From NCBI RefSeq assembly GCF_009834535.1, contig NC_045697.1:3102001-3166000 (forward strand): a DNA stretch of 64,000 nt, given 5' to 3'. The position numbers and the translations under genes were made by a program. This DNA comes from Camelus ferus (taxonomy: Eukaryota). The notes under the pieces were generated by a model. It saw nothing but the letters and a program-made list of their open reading frames with translations, made no database searches and had not been told where the DNA came from. Of this stretch, positions 34,961-48,400 are shown one piece after another; position 1 is the first letter of the stretch, and every line of letters begins with the position of its first letter.

Positions 34961-37069
34961 CACGTGAGGGGTGACGTCGTGTAAACAGCATTTCTGGAGT
35001 AATTGTATGAAACTCTTTAAAGCACGTTTGTGGCTCTGCCTGGTGACACCAGTGGGTGCCTGCGTGTTGTGCCTCCTTTGACACCGGGGAGGCCCAGGAT
35101 AGCTCACAGTCGGTTTTACTGCCGACTTAGAGACGCCCCAGGGGACACCCCTCCCCCACCCGTGGCCTGAAAGGAGGCGGCTCTTTCCTGCCTATATTTG
35201 GTGGCCTCGCTCAGTGCTTCAGGGCCGGGAATGCGCAGGGAGCTCGCTGCTGCCGAGCCAGCCAGTCCGCAGCCCACGGGACAGGGGCAGGGGGGAGAGC
35301 TTCCTGGGAACTTGCCAAAGCCTTTCTTAACCCATCTGCTCACAGAAGTGACCAGCATAAAAAGGAAAAGATCTGTCAGAAGCAGATGGACTGTGTTAGT
35401 CCAGTACATTTATGGCTTTTGTGGCCTCAAAACAGCCCGTGGGACAGAGCTGCCAGGACTTGATGGCTTTCTGGGGAATGCTGGGTCAGCCAGGGGGCTG
35501 CAAAAGTGAGGGGAGGGCGTCCACTCCCCGCTGCCCGGCCTGGCACTGCTTACTGAAGAGAGACTCGGAGGGACACAGGGTGGGGTTCTCTCCAAAACGT
35601 CTTTTGCCCTCTTTAGGGTGCACTGAGTTTCATCTGTAACAGTGATCTGCAGCAGGGAGTTTCCCTGACGGTTGGATAAGACAGCGTAATAATGCGCGCG
35701 GCAGTTTAGGGGACCTGAAGGAAATGGCTTGAACTGGGGCAGTGAGGCGCCTGTGCACTTCAGATATTTGCAGAATGAATGAATGAATCAATCAGTCAAT
35801 CTGCGGTCCTCCTTTTGATTCTGCTCCCTCACTGTTGGGTCGGGAATCAGAGCGCGTGTTCTGCTGTCCCAGCTCTGAGTAGCATGGAGGCTGGCTTCTC
35901 TGCCTTCACTTTTGATTTCTTCAGAATGGGAAAAGGTCCTTCAGCTGTTTTACAGGTCAGTGGCAGAAATTCCGTTTTATCCCTGTTGACTCTGGAGCTT
36001 GGAGTAACACCTGTCTTTGTATACGTGACCTTCTCAGTTGACTGTTGGCGGTGTGATCAGAGAGGAGAATGGACTTACCTAAGGTGACGTTGCTAACTGG
36101 CCCCGGGGCCAGGACTGGAGTCCTCAGTCCCTTGACTCCCAGCAGCTCAGCTGTCCTGTGTTTTGCTGCTTTTCTGTTTCCATCCTTGACAAAACAGTAA
36201 GTCTACAGTGTGCTGTTCACCTTTCCAGGGGAGGGTGCACTTTCAGTATGGCGGATGGCCCAGCCCGGCATTTGTCTTTCATGCAGGGTTCCCATAGCTC
36301 AGTTAATCCCTGGCTACTGACAGGAAACGTAAAGGAAGTTGTTTTGAATGTAAACTTATGCAAGAGTATTTTTTCACCTGGGAGTTTATTTGGTTTGGAC
36401 TGGAGTAAATCTCTGGCATTGGTTCCTTTATCCTAAGAGCGGAGAGAACTGTGAACACTTCAGGGGCTTGAGCCTGACTTGTCTTACTCGACGTCCATTC
36501 CTAGCGCTTAGAATGTCCCTGCGCGTTGTTGCCCCTGGCGGAAGTGTGTGTGTTGGGGCTGTGGCCTGCACCCTAGCTGCAGCTGGGGGCTCGCTCCACA
36601 CCACTGAAATACAGTCCCCAGCAACAGAGCCTGGGCATCTCTTAAGTTTGACAAGAGCCCCACGTGGTGATGGTAGTCGGTGAAGGCTGAGAACCGCTGT
36701 CCAAGGTGAGTGCAGTCCCAGGTTATACAAGCGTCTTCTGCTTTCACTAGCCCAGAACAGTGTTGGGTGCTGTGGGGCGACTAAAGAACATTGTGCTAGT
36801 AGACGTGGAAATTACAAAAATGCCACATCCTGCTATTATTTACCACGAGTATGTTTACCAGACATCCAGTTTATTCCAGTGTCTACCTGTTCTCCTTAGT
36901 TCGTCATGGAATAGTAACCTGACACCGAGTCACGCGGAGAGCTACGTCAGTCCGGCGTGGTGGGCCTGGGGCCATCTGGGTGTGAAGCGCTGTGTAGGTA
37001 TTTGTTTCCCTCTGGTTTGTTCCAGCTCCGGGCCCAGTGCTGGTAAATGTTACCTCTTTGAGGAAGGGC

Positions 37070-37280
37070 TGTGGGGTCAGGCTGCCTGGGTTTTGCTGGC
37101 GAGCTGTGCTATTGGGGGAAAGTTTTTAAACTTGTCTAAACCTCACTTCATCTATAAAATGGGACAAGTGTCATCGTCTCACAGGACGGCTTTGAGGTTT
37201 AAGTGCAAACACGTATACCGAGTGCGCAGCTCAGCACCTGCGCCCGCACGCGGTCAGTCAGTCAGTGCTCAGTGAAGTTG
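37070..37280 (+). mobile_element. MIR SINE fragment
   Basis: 'aaacttgtctaaacctcacttcatctataaaatggga...tgaggtttaagtg'. Confidence 0.65.
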
Positions 37281-38508
37281 CTGTTACTATGCTGTAAAAA
37301 GCTGTCGTCATACCTTTTTAATATATACAGTCAAAGCCAATCAAGTTGTCCCGGATACTTCATCCTTAACCCAAGGATTTCTTCAGTTTTAACTGGTAGG
37401 GTTAAATCACCACTTAAATATTGACCTCTTGAACTCCTTGCTTCCAATGAGTGCAGCCAAGGGATTTCACAGTTGGAACTTGGCTCCTGAAAGCTGATTT
37501 TAATCTGTGTGATGAACAGTCCTGGGGCTCCATTTGTTTCCTTGGTTTCTTCCCGAACACTCCTGCGGTGAGTTCTGGCACCGAGGGAATCCTTTTACTG
37601 TGGCTTCATTTAGTAGCCTTGGGGGATACGATCTTACGCTGTAGGAAGCGCTCAGATTTACTTACTGTCCAGGCAAGGGTAGGTGCTTCCTGTGCTTTTT
37701 CTTCTTAGCTCTCCCATCTATCTAATACTGTTTTCATCTGTTCCTCTTAGACCCCTAAGTTCTATTAGCACGAGGGCTATTGTGGTTCTTGTCACTGCTG
37801 CGTCCTCCGCACTTAGCGTTGTCCAGCACATATTAGCTGATCACTAAATATTTAGCGGATGTTAATCCAGCAGAACGCAGGGTAAATTGGCAAGATTTCA
37901 GCTGCATGGTATGAGATCTGCGTCAACCCAGCTCAGTAAATCAGTTCTGTTAATGCAAGTTGAAAATGTTTTAGTAGCTAACTTAGTTCAGTAATCATTT
38001 ACTGAATATCTTCTGGGCTGGGCACAGGGGACAGGAAGATGATGTCTGACCCCTGCTGCGCTCATGAATAGGCGGTCTGGTCGGGTGGATGGACACACGG
38101 CTGGAATATAACATGGGAAGGAATACGACAAATGGGTACACCAGGTGTGCTCACAGCAGAGCAGGGTTTGTGTTTTGTGAACGCGGGTAACAAGTCCTAA
38201 CACAACTGAAGTCACTCATTACATAGTTGAGCTCATATATTTTTATAGGGCACACCTACCGTTAAGTAGGTGCTAAGTTGACTCCCCGGTGGCTCTAGTA
38301 TGGCGTGAAAGGCTTTTGCCTGCGCCTCATTTTTCTTTCCTTCATTAGGAGGAAAGACACGGGCTTGTCTTGCTGCGGAGTTGTGGGCCAGGGCTCAGGT
38401 GAGCAGGTCTTAGTTGTGGCAGTGTCACTAACCAGCTCCTTGCTTCCCGTCTGGGCACTGGAGTGCTCAGCTGTGCAAGGAAGGGGGGCGCTCTGATGTT
38501 GAAGGCCT

Positions 38509-39266
38509 TTTTTTTTCATTCTTCAGTTTTATTAAGTAGAATTGTTACAGTTTGACTGCACATATACAATGTATTGCATGTAAATCCATATACCCAATAT
38601 ATTGCACATATTTTTAAAAACTTACATATATGTACTGTTCATTGTTTCTAAGAACATTGAGAGCTTTTGCTTTTTAAACTTACATAGTTATCAAAAGAAT
38701 AAAGCCAACCACAAAATAAGAATTAATTAAAAAAGATAATACGCCCTACTATTAACAGCAACATTATTTATAATTGTCAAGATATGGAAGCACCCTAAGT
38801 GCACATCAACAGATGAATGGATAAAGAAGATGCAGCATACATACATATGTAATGGAATACAGCGCACCCGTAAGAAAGAAAGATATTTTGCCATTTGTAA
38901 CCCTTCATTCACTTTTTTTTCCCACTTTAAAAACCAGAATTTTATAATGGGCATAAATATTTCCATTGTATCGAGAAGAACAAAATACCTAGAAATAAAC
39001 TTAACCAAGGAGGTTAGCTATACTCTGAAAACTGTAAAACATTGATGAAGGAAATTGAAGATGATGCGAAGAAATGGAAAGCTATCTTGTGCTCTTGGAT
39101 TGCAAGAATCAACATTATCAAAATGGCCATACTACCCAAAGCCATCCGCAGATCCAGTGCAACAACCCCTGTCAAAGTACTCACAACATTTTTCACAGAA
39201 CTAGAACAAACAATTCCAAAATTCATATGGAACCATAAAAGACCCCAAACTGCTAAGGCAATCTTT
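38509..39266 (-). mobile_element. Chimeric retrotransposed insertion: poly(A), non-L1 sequence and two plus-strand L1 ORF2 pieces inside one TSD
   Basis: TTGAAGGCCT at 38499-38508 and 39267-39276; T-run 38508-38516; TTTATT 38528-38533. ORF 39042..39389 gives [31 protein letters not shown], a typical L1 ORF2 segment. Confidence 0.75.
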
Positions 39267-41555
39267 TTGAAGGCCTCTTTGAGTTCTGACTCTGAGACTC
39301 ATCCTTTCAGCCCACCTTCCTCAGGAGTGGAGAAGAGCATGGCAACTGGGGACTCATTTACCTGCATTTACTGGGACTTTGCAGCCTAATTTTGGGTGAA
39401 GGTCACCATTAGTGAGCTCGAGGAGAAGCATCAGCGGGTGGGCTGTGCTGATCTGTGAGGGTCCGCACTCATATTAAGTTCCCTTGGTATAAGTAGAAGC
39501 GATTGGGGTCCGAGCGTCGGTGGAATCAGCTGGAGGGAGGCAGAGAGCTGAGCCCTGAAGGCTCTCCCGAGCGCACTGAAGCAGAATTCGCCAATTCTCT
39601 CCTTTGAGTACGGTTTTCACGATTCCACCTCAGCATGATTTCTCTGGCTTAAGCGCAGGAAATGGAGTATCATCATTCGACGTCCACATGTGTTGTAACT
39701 GAGCACACATCGGAGTGTATACACCCTTTCCCTGTGGAGCTCCGGTCTAGATTTGGGTGGCTTTGGGCCCTCTGAGAAGCTGAAACGTGGCCTCGCGTGC
39801 CCGTGTGGTTCTCTGGGAGAGCTCACTGCCGCTTGGAGGGAGTGATGGGGTCCACGTCTAGAGCTGCTCAAGGTACCCCGAGCCCCGGGCCCTCAGGTCG
39901 CCTGCAGACCAGCTGCACCGCAGATCACCTTTGGTTGGGAGAAGCAGGAGGAAAGGGCGCTGGCCATGACTTGATTTTACATAGTTGTTACTAGCAGTAA
40001 TAATGGTTTCTTACATTTGCGTTTTACTTCAGAGTCCACACGAAATTTTAAACCCATGATCTCATTTTACCCCCTCAGCAGTTCTGTGAAGAAAGCGGGT
40101 CAGTTTTCATGTCTTCTGTTTTCTGATGATTTTGTGTGGCTCACAGAAGTGAGGAGCCTTCACCAAGGTCACAGACTGAGTTAGTAGCAGAGTTGGGAAT
40201 AGACTCTTGGGCCTCGATGACCCTGTTTATTCCTTGCTGTCACACCAACAATCTGTACCCTGTAGTGGCACAGGTCAGTGAGTCGTCTGTGACTGCCCTC
40301 CCCATCTGGGGAGGGGATCCCGGGAGGCTTTGGCTCATTGCGGGGCCTTTAGATTTCCTGTTCTCTGTCTCCTTCCTCCCCGCTGCATGGTCGCTACTGA
40401 AGGCCCCAGACTGGCCTTGTGTCGGGGCCTCCTCCACCTCCACCTCCACCTCCACGCTGTGTGTATGTTAACCTGCTGAATGAGCTCTCCCCTGGGGGAG
40501 TCTGCGTTGTGCTAACCTCCACACCCCGGCTAGGACTGACCGGAGCATCACTCGCCTTCTAGAAATAGGCTACGCTGTGTGCTAGGTGCTTTTCTTTTTA
40601 ATTTAAGCCAGTGAGGGCCCAGGCTGGAGCCAGTCAGAGCAGTTAGCATACTGTCTTGAAACCATGGTATAGAATCTTCCATTCCCCAGTGTGAGCTCCT
40701 CCAGGGTGTGGCCAGGCCACATGTCCTCTTTGTTGTCCACAGCGCTACTTGGTGTCTGCATCGTAGCCGGCACGCAGTTGGTGCTCGCTGCCGAGGTGAA
40801 GGAAAGGCCGGCAGAGGTGTTAAGTCTGGAAAATGACAAGAGAGTAAAAGGAATTTGTGCTTAAGACATTTGCAAAAGAAATCTTTTTAGAAAAGTTGAC
40901 CTTTTTTTCAGTTTGGGTTTAATTTCAGCTCAGAAAAGCAGCTGTGTGCCCTGAGGGCGTTGGGGTTTCACTTTGGGACAGATGAACTGAATTTGTCACT
41001 GTATGACTGACTGTGTTATCCTTTTGTGGCTTTACTGGACCTTTCTCCCAAGTAGAATAGATTTTTCTATAAAAGTCACACTTCTGTTTTGAGAAGTCTA
41101 ACCATAATTTTATGGGATGATCTCCTGCTCGTTCAGCCCGAAAGATGACCTGCCAGGAACCAAACACATTGCTTTCGACTCTGGGAACAGGATCTGGTTT
41201 CTGCCTTCGCGGCTGAAGGGAGAGGGACGTGTCATCCCTGGAAAACAGGGCACGTGCCTGCGTCTTGGTCGTTTCCTGGTGCAGTTTCACGTCTCTATGC
41301 TGGCAGCTGTTTCAGCCCCGAGGGGCCCGGTGGGCACGCAGACAGTGCAGGGAGGAAGCACTGTGTTAACCAGGACACGCAGCTGGAGGCTCTGTTCTCT
41401 CCCCACCGCCCAGCGCGCTGAATTTGGACAGGTCACACGGGGTCACTGGATGACCTCCCTTCTCTGTTATGCTTTCCTCGAAAGGTTTTCTTTTTTTTTT
41501 TTTTTTTTTTTTTGCAAGAGTCAGTGAGGTAATATGTGTGAAAGTACTCTGTACA

Positions 41556-41688
41556 TTTATTTTTAAACTGAAGTAGAGTTGATGTCCAATATTAGTTTCA
41601 GGTGTACAGCATAGTGGTTCAATATTGTTACAGATTATACTCCATTAAAAGTGATTACAAGATAATGGCTCTCATCCCCTGTGCTACG
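41556..41688 (-). mobile_element. Short L1 3' tail
   Basis: 'ctgaagtagagttgatgtccaatattagtttcaggtgtacagcatagtggttca...ttacaagataatggctctcatcccctgtgctac'. Confidence 0.8.
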
Positions 41689-42829
41689 TGTACTTTTCAG
41701 TTTTGGAAAATATCAAGCCTATATGTAGTTTTGAATCACATGTAATTGTTTTGGAAATATGTTTCACAGAGTCATTTACTGGGCGTTTGGCACTGCTTTC
41801 CCGCCGTCAGGACGTGGAACTTAAAGCCTCACTGCCTCACCTGGCGAAGACCACTGAAGGCAAATGCGCCCGATTTGCTCAGAAAGAGAGAGTGTCTCAT
41901 TGATGCCTTCCTCCTCCTGGTAAACAGCGAGCCCCTGAGCTCTCTGGGACCATGCTGGCTTTATTCCCCTCCGTGTCTTGGTGCCCAACACAACCTCCAT
42001 AGGGGGCGTTTGTCAATGGATTGTGTGAGGATTTTCTGATAGCCACATTTTATCATTATTAAAGTCCACACACAGCTCTTTGTCATTTGACCCTCCCAGC
42101 TGCTAGGTAGGTGGCACTTTCCTCCCCTTTTCTTGATAAGGAAACTTAACCATATGAATAATCTGGGAGATTCATGGCTTGAACTTTGGGTACCATATCC
42201 CAAGTCCATATATTTTTTGGTCTTTTTTTTGTAACTTGAAGATTCTCCTAAAATCGTATACTCTGATCATCAGAAGGAAGCACAGGTAAGAAGGCTGCAT
42301 GATCTTCAACAAAAAATTGTGTTGACAGGAAGAGTTATTGAGCAGCCACTATAGGTCCTCAAAATAGAAATCATCCCGGAGATGGAGTTAGACCATGCTA
42401 TAAGTGATTTTGTGACGGCTCCTTTTACTGGGGGTCAAATTGGAAATCTTAATGACATCGATCGAGATTTTGCCTCCGTTCTCCTCCTCACCTCTCCGCC
42501 CCTTGTGGCTCTTGTTTCTTCACCTGCCCTGGGACTCTGTCAACCTTCTCAGCTGGTGCCGGTTCTCTGGTGTCTTTCTTCTTACGTTATCTGAGTATCA
42601 GAGAAGTTTATACATTCCCTGTATATAATCTGAAATTGATATCGTACAGACACAACAAGCAGAACAGGTAGAACTTTTAAAAGAGAGTAGCATCTCTCCC
42701 GATTAGAAAGGAAATACATGTTCGTTGTGGAGCATCTGGAAATAGAAGAGGATACAGAAGAAAGTAAGTCTCACGGGCAGATGTAATCACCATTACCACT
42801 TTGGCCTTGGTGGGAAAGTGTTCCCACAG

Positions 42830-43274
42830 AAGGCTTCTGGGAGGCCCGCGTGCAGGGCTGGCCCTGGTGGTGCTCCGGAACTTGGGTGTCAGGGTCGTCC
42901 CATCCCCCTGACTGATAAGAGTGCCTCACTTTGCCTGAGCTGTTGTGCAGACAGTGTGGTTTGTGCCTGAACACCTGCTTTTCTTCCGGGGGCCTGGAGT
43001 TTGGGACGTGCCAGGCAGAGGGGGCCTGTGTGACCACCGCCTGGTAAAAACCCCAGCACTGTGCTACCCTGGGGAGTCTCCCCAGCTGCACTGGGAGAGG
43101 ATTCTGGAAGCTTGTGCCTGGTTTCCTCTGGATTTCGCCCTGTGTGCCTCTTCCGTTTGCTGATTCTGCTTTGGACCTTCTTGCTCTAATAACTCATAGC
43201 TCTGAGTATGCCTGTGTGCCAGGTCCTCCTAGCTGACTGTCAACCCTTGGGGGGTGGTTGTGGGGACCCCTGAC
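42830..43274 (+). mobile_element. MER21/MER77-like LTR
   Basis: 'tgtggtttgtgcctgaacacctgcttt..ggagtttgg', 'gggagaggattctggaagcttgtgcctggtttcctctgga', ending 'ggggacccctgaca'. The 5' boundary is uncertain. Confidence 0.7.
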
Positions 43275-44960
43275 AAGGGCCAAGTGCTTTTCTAAACATA
43301 AATATGTGTGTATTTTTAATAAAATGGGTATTACATCTTTTTTAGATCTCTTCTTCAACAGTGGACATGTTATCATATCATTACATGTTCTTTCAAAACA
43401 TGATTTATAATTATCTCAAATTATATCTTAAATGTTTATGCAATGTTAGATTTTGAATTTTACAGTTTATATTGCTATTATAAGTAATGAAAAAATCCTT
43501 GTTTGTAGAACTTACTGTGTGTCTCTGATTATTTTCCTGGGACAGATTGTTCCTGGAATGAGATGATTACAGGGTATGATCACATGAGAGACATGTTAAT
43601 TGTTCTTCGGGAAGGTGGTCTCCATCCACACTGTCGTGAGCAGTGCATGCGAGTGATCCTCACTAAGTAGGATCACGTACGACAATTATTTGTCAATTGG
43701 ATAAATAACAGATGGTATCGTTTTAATTTGCATTTTTGAGTGTTAGCAAGGTTGAATGACTTGTCATGTTCGTTGGCTCTTTCTTCTTTTCTAACTTGTC
43801 CTTCGCATCTTGTGGACTGTGGGATATTTTGTGACCCTTACCCTGGGCTGTGGTCATGATCTCCGAGGGACACGTCACCGCACCCTCACTCTGCCGTGCT
43901 GCCTGGGCCTGCGCGGGCCTTGCGTCCATGGTGGGCGCTGAGAAGTGGGCTTTGGTTATAATGGAAAGCAAAACATTGTTCACCCATTAATTAAGTATAT
44001 ACTGTGCTTGCACTGGAGTTAGTGTTAGCTGTGGGAAAGAGCCAGTGAGAGCCAGTGGGAGATGGTGGTGGCAGCGGCGTGGGGAGGAGGCCGCTGTGTC
44101 CTGGTATAAACATCTCCGCCAGGACAGGTCTGAGCGTTTCTCATAAAATATAAAAGGACTCACAAAGTGAAAACCTTAAGCAGTGAACTAATCCTCCACC
44201 GTTGCAAAGACAAGACAGGATGTGGTGAGGGGGTGGGGAGAGTAGCGGGTGCTGAGGGTGTCTTCGGAGGGTGAACAGATCCTGCCGCGGCTGGGTCCTC
44301 CAGGGACAGGTCCTGTGGGCATGGGTGTTGCGGGGAGAGGTCTGTGAGTCACTTGGAGGGAAGGCGGAGGGAGGAACAAACTGCAGAGCTGCAACCAGTC
44401 CAAGAGATGCTCGGATGGGGACCACCTGCCAGAGCGTCCCCTTGCATCTGGAGTGGCCCAGCCTTTACCTGCTTTCAGGGGACAAGGCTGCCAAGGGCAA
44501 GGCGTTCTCCTCTGATGCTGAGGCCGATCCCGAGGGAGCCTGTTTGGAGAGGAATCTGGGTGCACCGTCGTGTGTCCTGCAGCTGTGGTGGAAGCCGAGA
44601 TGACCATGTGCAGCCCTGCAGGGGTGGCGGAGGAGGGGAGCGCCCTTTGTGTGACAGCCTGACTCCTTGGACTCTGCTTACTTGTGGTGGGGGTGGATTT
44701 GCCTCATGGACTGAAGGCTGTGGTGGCTGAAGCCGCTCGGGTCCCTCCCCTGACACCGCAGCAACAGGTAGTGTTCACTGTGCGTGCGGTTATTTCTGGG
44801 TGCGGGGGGAGGCCCCGGGGGGATGTGGAATGTACTGTTACCATGGCTACCCCTGAGGTGGGACTGGGATTAGAGGTTTGGTGAAGGGGGAAATTTCACT
44901 GTTTTGTGTAATTCTGAGTTCTTATTATTGCTCTTTTATTATTTTGTGAGTCTCAATTAC

Positions 44961-45196
44961 TTTTTTTTTAAGTTTAATATTTTTTATTAAGTTATAGTCA
45001 TTTTACAATGTTGTGTCAAATTCCAGTGTAGGGCACAATTTTTCAGTTATACATGAACATACATACATTCATTGTCACATTCTCTTTCGCTGTGAGCCAC
45101 CACAAGATCCTGTATATATTTCCCTGTGCTACACAGTACAATCTTGTTTATCTATTCTACATTTTGAAATCCCAGTCTGTCCCTTCCCACCCCCCC
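44961..45196 (-). mobile_element. Camelid-type L1 3' tail
   Basis: 'tttattaagttatagtcattttacaatgttgtgtcaaattccagtgtagggcacaatttttcagttatacatg...ccctgtgctacacagtacaatcttgtttatctattctac...cccagtctgtcccttcccacccc'. Confidence 0.88.
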
Positions 45197-45274
45197 GACT
45201 TCTAATTTTTAATAACATTTGTAATTAAAATAAGATTCACTTTTGAAAATTTGAGAGAAAATACTAGATAACCT

Positions 45275-45440
45275 GTGACCATGGACAGATTACAAATTAC
45301 TTCCCCTTTCTCTGCCTTGGCTTCGCCATCTCTAACATGGGAGATGATGTGGTACTGATTTAATAAGGCTGCAGTGAGAGTTAAGTGAAGATAAAACTCA
45401 GAACTTGGCCTCTGGTAAATGCACAGTATTATTATTCCAG
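45275..45440 (+). mobile_element. MIR SINE fragment (a second one lies at ~45590-45740)
   Basis: 'ctgtgaccatggaca..ttac...tctctgccttggcttcgccatctctaacatggg'; 'tttatctgtaaaatgggagc...gttgggaggatta'. Confidence 0.6.
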
Positions 45441-48400
45441 ACTTTAGAGGAAAAAGTATTATCGTGTAAACATCCCTGGGCTGTGGCCATACTGGAAAGA
45501 ACCTGAATTCAATCCTATATAAATAGTGATGGAAGAAGCATGGCTCTGGGCGTGGAGACTACAGCTGTGGATCGGGTGCCCATCAGCCGTGTAATCCTGG
45601 CAGCTCCTTGGATCCTCTGCTCTTTTATCTGTAAAATGGGAGCAGTAGCACGTCTGTGTCACAGGACGGTTGGGAGGATTACAGGATGGGCAGCAAACAT
45701 GAAAACTGTCTGGGATGGTACAGCAAGAAGGCAGGAAGTAGTGTTTATCCAGACAATAAAGTGCAGCCTGTCTGGGTGGCAAGCGGGTGCCTCCGCCGTC
45801 CTCCACGTGCTAAGGGAAAACGGGTCACGTTGTGGAATCCACCCGGCAGCCGTCTGCTCGGGTGGATTTGGCCAGGCGTCGCTTGCTGTCGTCAACAGCT
45901 GCAGTTGCTGAAGGGACAGCTTGGCTTAATCTGCATATTTGGGTGTTTGTGCTATTTATAAAACAATTAGAAGAGGCGCAGAAGCCTGTTTATGGCAAGC
46001 TGGCAAATTTGGCAAAACACGGACAATCTGTTAGCCCAGCTTGCACGTGCGCCAGCGCAAAGCGTGCAAATAAACAAACACATGTGCCCATATTTAAAAG
46101 TTTTTCTAAAAAGACATTCAACCATTGGTCATATGGTTGAGAGACTTCCTTGTAATGCGTGAGTTTGTCTATCAGACATCTGAAATCTGCAGCCATCTTA
46201 AAACATTGCCCTAATTTTGATGAAACCCCCCTATGCCCCTAAACACACACATTTTTTTTCCCCCGTTATGAGGAGGGAAGAGAAGCGTGTCTTGTTACAG
46301 TCAATCTGTCCTGCTCTTCCTCTGGGATCCTGTTGCTGTTTACGTTTCATGACATTAGCCTCTCCACACGTTGTTGCTAAGGACATTCTTTCTCTCCTTT
46401 CTTGGTGTATTTATCACTCTCTAAGGTATTTCCGGTTCGTCTGTCTCACCTCTCCGCGAGGGCTCTCTGAAGGCCGAGATGATCGTCACTGGTGCTCACT
46501 GCTCTGTCACTGGTGCCTGAGTGAATGGGGTGGAAATAAACTGTTCTTCTCTTTGCCACATGACGAAAAATGCTTTTGGACACAGCTGCCTGAATGAGGA
46601 ATGGAGCACTGTCATGGAGCAGCTGGGGTTGGGCAGGTGCTGCTGGGTGGCTGTCATGCCAGGTACACCCCAAGTACCTGGGGGAGGGCAGCGGGCCCGA
46701 GTGGAGACACGTGGACAGGCTAGGAGATCAGCTAAGCTTCATAGCTTTTCACGTAGGGGTGTAATGTTGTCCCATCTGTGATGTGAAGAGCAGCTGGAGC
46801 CTAGAGTCCCAGGCTCATACATCCCTTGTGCAGGTGGAAAATGAAGCACGGGGCACAGGAAAGCGGTTTGCGCAGGGTCGCCTAGGTAGAGTTGGGACCA
46901 GGACCTGTGCCTGTCTTCCCAGAGCCTCTTAACTGCTCACCTGCTGCCCTCTTACTGCTAAAGCCATCTTCCTTGACTCTGAGTGTGTAATAACAAAGGA
47001 GAAAATGTACTCTGCTGTCATGGGCTCAGAGAAAAAACCCAGCAGCTTAAAACAATGTTCACAAGTCTAGTATCCTGTGGTGGTTTTCCACAATACCTGA
47101 AACTTCACAGGGCCTTTCCTTTTCTCATAAATTTTATAAAACAGATAAGACGAAAGAAGGAATTTGGAGAACAGCAAATGTAGAAAAAAGGAAAAAAAAA
47201 TCGAACCAGAGAATTGCAGTTTCCCTTTTATTCTCAGTCTCGAACTGTAGGCTCCTGTGTAAGGCACAGCCGGATCTGGTTAGCAGCTATCATGTGGCTG
47301 GTCATCAGCCACAATTTTAGAACAACAGATGCAGGCCAGCCCTGCCCTCTGATAGCCGTCTTACACATTTTAAATCTGAGTGACAGAAGAAGCAGATGGT
47401 GAGGTGGGGTACGTATTTAGATGTTTGGCCATTGATAGCTTTTTATTCCCGTGCGTTGCATTGGGATTTAAGACTGGCTGAGCCCATGGGGAACGGGTGA
47501 TTATCTGTCCCCTCACCAGCTGGGACCAGAAGGATTGCTCCTGTTGCAGTCAGTGAAGATAGACGGCTGGTGGTGTTGAACTTCTGAAAGTTTATTTGCA
47601 CCACTCAGAATTCTGAAGCAGAGCTATCAAAAGTCTGCCTTCTCTCTTACAGTTCAAATCTATATGGTGTTTTTTAAAATGACATAAGCAAACCAAAGTC
47701 TTCTGTAGTAGTTAACTGTGTAGATTATTGATGTAAATAAGAGGTGTTCTCCACTGCAAAGTCCCTGGGGCTTTGTTTATGCAAAGATATGAAACTTAGA
47801 ACATAAATTGGATTCTCTAAACGATTATCCGGGCACCTCACTGCGCGCCAGAGAGGTACGCTTATTAAAGACATCTCCTATCTCGTCTGAATTCAGGTTC
47901 TAGAAAAACAGCAACTGAACTAGTTCAGCCCCCTTCTCAAACCTTCATGAAATCCAGAGGAGCTTGCCGGGAGGTGCTTCCCTGCCTCTCCGTTCCTCCT
48001 CTGATCTCTCCCGAGGTGGACAGCACCAGCCACAGGTGTTCGGAGGCTGGGCAGGAGCATAGGGTGGGGAGGGGTGTTGTCCCAGTGCCCGCCGTCCATG
48101 CGGAGGTCAGTCTTGGGGCTGCTGCACCCTGCACATCGTATAGCCTGGAAAGTATGTCGTTCTGCAGAGCGAGAGATGAAGATGGTAGTAATCGAGCTCT
48201 GTTCACCAGGATGCACCAGGTGTGTCAATCATGGGTGGAAAGCCATGGAAAAGTCTGGTACCCAAGTCTGATGTCAGAAGGAAGTCAGGGGCTTGATGCG
48301 AGCTGGTCCTGGAGTGAGAAAGTTGTCACATCACAGGAATTCTAGCTTTGTTAAGTGAGTCCTCTTCCATCTCCTTCCTAGGCAGACAGACAGATGGCCA

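Noticed and set aside
39042..39389. Intact reverse-transcriptase gene (also ORFs 31484..31693 and 49243..49428)
   Set aside because: Short, truncated or frameshifted L1 ORF2 remnants; there is no full-length L1 in the window.
42240..42300. Possible cryptic exon ending at CAG|GTAAGA (~42286)
   Set aside because: An isolated donor-like motif with no convincing acceptor or recognisable peptide; such motifs are common in long introns.
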